Origin: a virus
Taxonomy: Duplodnaviria > Caudoviricetes
DNA: 64,000 bases
IMG/VR virus record: IMGVR_UViG_3300038679_000051
Span: 160,001 to 224,000 of that record
Reading direction: 5' to 3' (one strand)
A program made the translations under genes and the position numbers. Of the stretch, positions 58,088 to 64,000 are shown one piece after another (position 1 is the first letter of the stretch; each line of letters begins with the position of its first letter). The notes under the pieces are model-generated. The model saw only the letters and a list, made by a program, of their open reading frames with translations, did not search any database and had not been told where the DNA came from.

Positions 58088-59086
58088 ATGCTAGAAATGA
58101 CTTCTGAACATATCAAGAATTGGGTCGCTAAGCATTTTGAGTATAAATCAAACGACAAGCAGATTAGGATTTGTAATCCCGCAGATCCAGACGACAAAGA
58201 ATTCAAATTATATATTTCCCTTCGTAAAACTAAATCTCGACGATCGGAGAAAACCAACTTTTGGGTGCACGATTTTAGGCCGAATCATGGTTGTTATGAT
58301 GGGTCATTCTTAAATTTTGTCGCTAAGTACAAGCAGATTACATTTAAACAGGCAGTCAGGGAAGTTGTTGGCGCACGATCGTTTTTAATTAAAAAGGATA
58401 AAGAAGAAGACAAAGAAGAAACGATCACATTGCGTGAGATGAAAGGGTTGTCTTTGCCAGAGGGGGCAATTAGGATAGATGGTTCTGACGATCCGATACA
58501 AAAAATGGCATTGGTGTTCCTAAAGAAACGTGGGTTCTCCACGATTGATGCTATGAAATATGATTTACATTATACGATTGGTTCGATCATATTCATATAT
58601 CGTGAATTTGGTAGAGTTGTGCATTGGCAGCAGCGGTCATTATTAGGTAAGACTTTCAATTTTCCAGATGCCAGCAAGAAGGGTGACCATTTGTTTGGTT
58701 ATGACTTATGTAATGATAATTCTCCGATTGGAATCACAGAGGCAGCATTTGGTGCGATGGCTTTGGGACCAGGAGTTACAGCTTCCGGTGGGGCGTCGCT
58801 GACTGAGAACATCGTTAAATTGTTGAGAAAGAAAAACCCAAGCAGGATCATACTAACTCCAGACAATGATAAAGCTGGAATTAAATCATTAAAATCAAAT
58901 TGGAAGATATTGATAAAACATTTTGATAACATATATTATTGTTTACCGCCGAAAATGCCAGAAAAGAAGGATTGGAATGACGCAATGTTATTGTTTGGGC
59001 GTGATGCTATTAGGTCTTTTTACTCTGATCATCAGCGGTTGTTGACAATAGGGGAGATATCGAAGCCACGTCTATTTCCTTTATGA
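58088..59086 (+). CDS. DNA primase (Zn-finger-like plus TOPRIM)
   Basis: ICNP...WVHDF...C; ITEAAFGAM; PDNDKAG; KDWND. Confidence 0.85.
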   Translation: MLEMTSEHIKNWVAKHFEYKSNDKQIRICNPADPDDKEFKLYISLRKTKSRRSEKTNFWVHDFRPNHGCYDGSFLNFVAKYKQITFKQAVREVVGARSFLIKKDKEEDKEETITLREMKGLSLPEGAIRIDGSDDPIQKMALVFLKKRGFSTIDAMKYDLHYTIGSIIFIYREFGRVVHWQQRSLLGKTFNFPDASKKGDHLFGYDLCNDNSPIGITEAAFGAMALGPGVTASGGASLTENIVKLLRKKNPSRIILTPDNDKAGIKSLKSNWKILIKHFDNIYYCLPPKMPEKKDWNDAMLLFGRDAIRSFYSDHQRLLTIGEISKPRLFPL

Positions 59087-59351
59087 TTTCACAATTATTT
59101 TGTTTTGCAGTTCGATATGCCTGTCTAAAAGAGTCTGGAATTGATTCCTTCATCCATTTAATGATATCGCTGGCATCTAATCTATCTAATGTCTGTGCGT
59201 TGGATCTTATTAAATTTACATCTCTTTGCGAAATATATTTTGAATCAAGATAAGCAATTAGGCCGTTTTCGTTCTTGATAAATAAACCTAGGCGGAGGGT
59301 TTCCTTTTCTCCAGCTTTGTGTTTAATGTGCATCAATTGCATGAGGAACAA
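59010..59351 (-). CDS. hypothetical protein
   Basis: 113-aa ORF filling the gap. Confidence 0.5.
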   Translation of the reverse strand: MFLMQLMHIKHKAGEKETLRLGLFIKNENGLIAYLDSKYISQRDVNLIRSNAQTLDRLDASDIIKWMKESIPDSFRQAYRTAKQNNCEIIKEIDVASISPLLSTTADDQSKKT

Positions 59352-59356
59352 TCTCC

Positions 59357-60595
59357 ATGGGTGATCCTAAAAAGACGCAGGGACCAACGGTTAAAATACT
59401 AGTTGAGGGCTTGGATGGTGAACCAAATTTTGCTTATTTCGAATGGATGGCTATGGCAAATGGCGGTTATATTGTGCGGGCGAGAATACATGATCCATAT
59501 CTAAATTTCCTCGATAAGATTGCAAAAATTTTATTACAGAAAGCAAGAAGTGATAAGGTTGAGGTAAAATTCAAAATCAAATGGGTTGATGGAGATGAAA
59601 CAGAGGAAATTAAGGCATGGGTAGTGGACGTTACAGTACCACAAGGAAATGCAGCATATGCCGAAACTGAAATTATAGCGATTGATCCTCCAAGCTGGGC
59701 GCTGAATGCCGGACAAAGCCTCGGTAAGATGTATAAAGGTAATGTCACTAGTGTCATTAGGCAAGTCATAGATGATCATAAGTTTGGTGGTGCACCTAAT
59801 TTGCAGAAAATTACTGAGACAAAAGACGACAAGAATAACCAGTGGTGGATTATGCGACAAGATCCCAAGACGTTTATACAGATGTTGCTCGATTGGTCAT
59901 CATCAGTAACGCCACAGAAAACAAATTGGGTTACAAATTGTAAGAATTATGACATGAACATTGTCGAACAAGCCGACCTACCAGACAAAAATTTTGGTAC
60001 TTATAAGGTTAACATAGAGAATTGGGGTGCCGCTACTGATGTTAATAGCTCTAGTGGATTTACATTGCAATCTGATACGTTGTTGTCACTTTGGCAGACT
60101 GAACTACATACCCAAGGATTGTCTGCGGTGTCTGGAAAATATTATGACAGAATAACTTCAAAAGATGATGTCATCGTAAAAGATGAGAACACAGGAGCAA
60201 AAATCAATTCCTCTTGTAAGTCTGAAGAGTCGTTTCAAAAGCCAGGACAAAAATGGTCGACGAGTTTATTGGGCATACCTGAACACAATGCTGGCGATGT
60301 TGGCATTAAATATGGGAAATATGTTGATGGGAAATCCAGGAATATGTATATCAGTCAATTAAATTTGATGCATCGGATTTGTGTCAGCGTACGTGGCGAC
60401 GCAAAAGTTACTGATCCGCTTGGTTTGGATGGTACGTCATGTAATTTCCTGTGGATCAATGAAAAAGGACAGAATTATTGGTTAGGTGGCAAATGGATAG
60501 TATATGGTTTCCACCATAAAGTATCTAGGGAGAATTGGACGACAGATCTATACTGTCGCAGATATGACTATAATGCGGCGGCGCAAAAGCGATGA
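59357..60595 (+). CDS. baseplate hub/gp27-like tail protein
   Basis: IDPPSWAL, WWIMRQDPKTFI, WLGGKWIVYGFHH hub-like C-terminal motif; next to the tape measure. Confidence 0.55.
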   Translation: MGDPKKTQGPTVKILVEGLDGEPNFAYFEWMAMANGGYIVRARIHDPYLNFLDKIAKILLQKARSDKVEVKFKIKWVDGDETEEIKAWVVDVTVPQGNAAYAETEIIAIDPPSWALNAGQSLGKMYKGNVTSVIRQVIDDHKFGGAPNLQKITETKDDKNNQWWIMRQDPKTFIQMLLDWSSSVTPQKTNWVTNCKNYDMNIVEQADLPDKNFGTYKVNIENWGAATDVNSSSGFTLQSDTLLSLWQTELHTQGLSAVSGKYYDRITSKDDVIVKDENTGAKINSSCKSEESFQKPGQKWSTSLLGIPEHNAGDVGIKYGKYVDGKSRNMYISQLNLMHRICVSVRGDAKVTDPLGLDGTSCNFLWINEKGQNYWLGGKWIVYGFHHKVSRENWTTDLYCRRYDYNAAAQKR

Positions 60596-60624
60596 TTCAA
60601 ACTTAGTAAAGATGGAGATGAAAC

Positions 60625-63600
60625 ATGGCTGATAGAAGCCAACAAGCTGCCGAAATATTTCTAGGGACCGATGTTTTTCCTAACACATCGTCCATTAAAG
60701 TGGCTGTAAATGAAATAGGAAATGCATTAATACAAGGTATGGAGAAAGCGTATCAGAAGGTCAATGCTCAGATGACCAGGAAGATGGCGACAGCTGAAAA
60801 TCTTATACAATTTAAAATAAATATCGCAGATCCGACCGCAGAAATCACGAGAATACAGGAACAGGCCGTAGAAAAATGGAAGAAGGGACGTTTATTGATC
60901 GCTGCCGATCCGACTTCTTTAGCCGAATTTTCAGCGAGGGAATTAGATACGTTATCTAGAGAAGATCTCTATGATCCTGCTAAAGCCGAACAATTATTAA
61001 ATTTGTCCAATGCATTGAAGCTTACAGTAAGAGACACTGCGAACATAAATCTTTTTACGTTCGATGAACGAGAAGCGATCGTTGCTAAGACGCTCCACTT
61101 AGAGAAATCTCTCCAGAGGACGCACCGAGACATTACTGATGAAATGTACGAATCTTTAGAAGCAGCACAAATTATGGAGAAAACTGAAGGTAAATTGAGC
61201 AAGGAGATGCTGAAGAGATTATTGAAGGCGTCTGATGAATATAAGAAACATGAGAATTTAATGATCAGGATCAATAAATCAGGAGAGAAAGATATAAATC
61301 GACATAAAGAAACTATTGGCATTATGGATAAGATGTTAATTAGACAGAATAAGTTGCTTAAACAAGAAGAGGAGATGTTAAAAATAGGGAAGTTATTAGA
61401 TGCGCTTAAGATGGGGTGGGCTAAAAATTTATTGTCGGCACAGGGCATAGCTACTACCGTATTAGGTGGCCTTGCTGATAGTTTTAGTATGATGATCACC
61501 ACACAAGAACGGTTCCATACCGTGAATTATCGTATGTATCACAGCATAGGAGAGACATCAAATCAGATTTATGCGATGGCAAGAAATACTGGACTTCTGA
61601 CTGAGAATATTGAGAAATCATATCAGGCGATGATGGAAGTTGGTGCACCAAAGGCGGCAATTACGGAGTTGACTGAACAGAATGCTAAATTTGTTAGGAC
61701 TACCGGTGCGTCAGCAGATGTAGTCGCGAGATTTCAGAAAGTATTATATGCCACTACTGGGTCGACCAAATCGACTAGAGGTGCAATGGCTGCACTGATA
61801 CACCAAATGAAGACGGTTGGACTAAATGCCAGAGACGTTGAAGAAATTATGTCGATGGTTGAGAAAAACGCTGTAGCGTTTAAGACGATGTTTGGCAAAA
61901 GAGAGATTGAAGAATTTTCAGCTGTGATGATTAAATCAGCCGCAGCTGCTAAGCAATTTGGGGAATCGACGGCCAGAGCAGTTATGGATACAATTGGAAG
62001 AGTGTCGACTGGTGCGCTCGATCAATGGGACATGATGTTATATGGTGCTGATTTGATGTTTATGAAACCATCAGAAGCGATTACAACTATGATAATGGGG
62101 GCGGAGGACGCCAAACGGCAATTGGAAGGATTGCCATATTTTATGCAATTGCAACTTAAAGATCGTGCAGCGACCATTGAAGTGCACAGACAAATGTTGA
62201 AAGAGGCACAGGCAGCGGCACGTGCTCGTGGTGATGTTTCTAAGGAGGCTGTGGAGAGAGAATTAAAGAGAATAAACAAGAACAATGAAATAAAGGAGAA
62301 GGCAGAGGCAGAATCGCAGAGGACTTTACATATGCAGTTCAAGAAATTTACGGATGCACTCATACGAATCGGTGCATTGTTGGCCGATCCATTAGAAAAG
62401 CTTGTCGGACCAATAGAATGGGTAATCAAGGGCATTGAGACGCTTGTCGGCGGATTTGATAGCGCCACTAAAGGCATGGGTGTATTTGGTAGTGCTCTGA
62501 AATTATTGATTCTTGGTTTCATTACTATGAAGTCCATGTCGTTATTATATTGTAATACGATTGGTAAGGTTTTTGGTTCAAGTGGTTGTGTGACAAATTC
62601 ATTTGATGGAATATGTAAAATCCTTGGAAATAAGTTCAAAGGTTTGAGCAGCATAGTTAGTGGATTGTTTACTAAGAAAGCAGCGGGTGCCGCCGCTGGT
62701 GTGAGCGTTAAAGCTGCAGGTGCCGCTGCTGTGGGTGCTAAAGGTGCTGGTGGAATATTAGCTAGTATTGGCATGCTATTTAAGGGTGGGGGTGGATTGT
62801 TTGCAAGACTCGGTAGTGTATTAATGGGGGTTTTTAAGGTTGGTGTGAAATTTTTGGGATTATCGAATCCAATTGGATGGGTCATTTTAGCGTTGACATT
62901 GTTCCATAAAGAAATCTGGGGAATTGTCAAACCATTGTGGGATGTGGTATCGAAATTACTTGAATTGGCTTGGAGTGTGGTGAAGATCGCACTGATGCCA
63001 CTTCGTTTTTCCTTGACATTAATAGCCAAATTATTGCAATACTTCTTAGCTCCGGTTATAAAATGGTTTGGTGGATTAATCGAAAAAGTAAGTTATGCTG
63101 TGAAATGGTGGGAGGATGCTATGTTTGATTTCATGACTGAAATATTAGTGTGGACTAATAGACTTACTCTCGGTTGGAAATCGGCAGACACAATCCGAGC
63201 TGAGAGAGCTGCCGAGAAGGCAGCAAATGCAAATACAAAAGCAATTGAAGAGAACACTAATGTGATGGTAGGAGAAGAAGAAATAGAAGAAGAACCATTT
63301 AAAGCGATCGAAGGACCAGAATGGTTAGAACAATATCGACAGTTATCTAGCTTAGATAAGGCTGGACGAGAAGCTGAAGCTCAAAAACTCGGTTTTTCTG
63401 ATTTTAATGCTTGGACTGATGACATAAATAAGAAACTGGAACAAGAGGCACTTAGAAAAACTGAATTATATAAAACTGGCGAATATGATATCAGAACCGG
63501 ACAGAAAATGACCAAAGAAGACAAAGAGAAAGAAATCGAGAAGTCACGCAAAAAAGCGATAAAAACGGGAGTAGAAACAAAAGCAAAAGCAGAAACAGAA

Positions 63601-64000
63601 GTAAAGGCGGAGGCTGGCATTGGTTTTATGGATATTGCGGGGGCAATAATTCCTGGTTTGGGCATGTCTAATCTAGCAGCAAAAATAGCAACTAGTGCCA
63701 AGGGACAGCAAGATCAGATACAAATGCGGAAGTTACCAAGTTCTGGGAATTATCTTGCTAATGAGGATGGAACATATGACAACCTTCCCTCGTGGGTACA
63801 TGACAATACGACGAGTTCTGCATTGGCCACAGCCGCACCAGCCACTAATACGCCTAATGAACCGATAAATGCCCCATTGACTACAGATACGGCACGACCA
63901 AAAATTACTAATGAAATTGATATATTGACCATAATTAAGAATACGTTGCTGGGCATAGATGATAAGATTGATTTGCGACCATTGAAGGACATAGCTGTGA
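60625..64000 (+). CDS. tape-measure-like protein, 3' truncated by window
   Basis: ATG at 60625 after GGAG; frame open in every segment checked through to base 64000; long helical/coiled-coil sequence and GLSNPIGWVILAL segment; absent from the track because no stop codon. Confidence 0.75.
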   Translation, partial: MADRSQQAAEIFLGTDVFPNTSSIKVAVNEIGNALIQGMEKAYQKVNAQMTRKMATAENLIQFKINIADPTAEITRIQEQAVEKWKKGRLLIAADPTSLAEFSARELDTLSREDLYDPAKAEQLLNLSNALKLTVRDTANINLFTFDEREAIVAKTLHLEKSLQRTHRDITDEMYESLEAAQIMEKTEGKLSKEMLKRLLKASDEYKKHENLMIRINKSGEKDINRHKETIGIMDKMLIRQNKLLKQEEEMLKIGKLLDALKMGWAKNLLSAQGIATTVLGGLADSFSMMITTQERFHTVNYRMYHSIGETSNQIYAMARNTGLLTENIEKSYQAMMEVGAPKAAITELTEQNAKFVRTTGASADVVARFQKVLYATTGSTKSTRGAMAALIHQMKTVGLNARDVEEIMSMVEKNAVAFKTMFGKREIEEFSAVMIKSAAAAKQFGESTARAVMDTIGRVSTGALDQWDMMLYGADLMFMKPSEAITTMIMGAEDAKRQLEGLPYFMQLQLKDRAATIEVHRQMLKEAQAAARARGDVSKEAVERELKRINKNNEIKEKAEAESQRTLHMQFKKFTDALIRIGALLADPLEKLVGPIEWVIKGIETLVGGFDSATKGMGVFGSALKLLILGFITMKSMSLLYCNTIGKVFGSSGCVTNSFDGICKILGNKFKGLSSIVSGLFTKKAAGAAAGVSVKAAGAAAVGAKGAGGILASIGMLFKGGGGLFARLGSVLMGVFKVGVKFLGLSNPIGWVILALTLFHKEIWGIVKPLWDVVSKLLELAWSVVKIALMPLRFSLTLIAKLLQYFLAPVIKWFGGLIEKVSYAVKWWEDAMFDFMTEILVWTNRLTLGWKSADTIRAERAAEKAANANTKAIEENTNVMVGEEEIEEEPFKAIEGPEWLEQYRQLSSLDKAGREAEAQKLGFSDFNAWTDDINKKLEQEALRKTELYKTGEYDIRTGQKMTKEDKEKEIEKSRKKAIKTGVETKAKAETEVKAEAGIGFMDIAGAIIPGLGMSNLAAKIATSAKGQQDQIQMRKLPSSGNYLANEDGTYDNLPSWVHDNTTSSALATAAPATNTPNEPINAPLTTDTARPKITNEIDILTIIKNTLLGIDDKIDLRPLKDIAV

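Noticed and set aside
60969-63992. Minus-strand ORFs 60969, 62022, 63381, 63750
   Set aside because: Antisense to the continuous plus-strand tape-measure-like ORF from 60625
1-64000. tRNA/rRNA genes, group I/II introns, functional inteins in RNR, terminase or helicases
   Set aside because: No T-loop/cloverleaf, intron or Cys...His-Asn intein signatures noticed by eye; tRNAscan and Infernal were not run

Overview
AT-rich segment of a large T4-like (jumbo/huge) tailed phage genome, standard genetic code. Order: DinG/XPD helicase (5' truncated); minus-strand pair of paralogous Cys-rich/collagen-motif fibre-like proteins (one with a 148-aa poly-Ser linker and BNR propeller); an ~830-bp intergenic region with dense secondary structure and a perfect (TTTTAATC)16 array; an actin-like ATPase; a replication/recombination block (DnaE in several pieces, family-4 UDG, RecA, DnaB-like helicase, minimal PolA, UvsY-like, gp32-like SSB, 5'-3' exonuclease); lipoproteins; a three-domain glycosyltransferase; class II RNR; UvsW-like helicase; two sigma factors; head module (terminase, portal, protease, scaffold, gp23 capsid); primase; hub protein; and a tape-measure-like ORF running off the end. 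Most unusual: DnaE is encoded by three separately initiated pieces, two apparently joined through a catalytically dead split-intein (HINT) remnant, and the catalytic PDIDID motif of the last piece is interrupted by GAC-TAG-T-GAC, which would need a ribosomal stop-hop or frameshift (or is a lesion or assembly error). All three pieces, the helicase and the primase share a GTATT-N8/9-ATG motif with no Shine-Dalgarno (SD) sequence. All family assignments are from motif recognition by eye; no searches were run.
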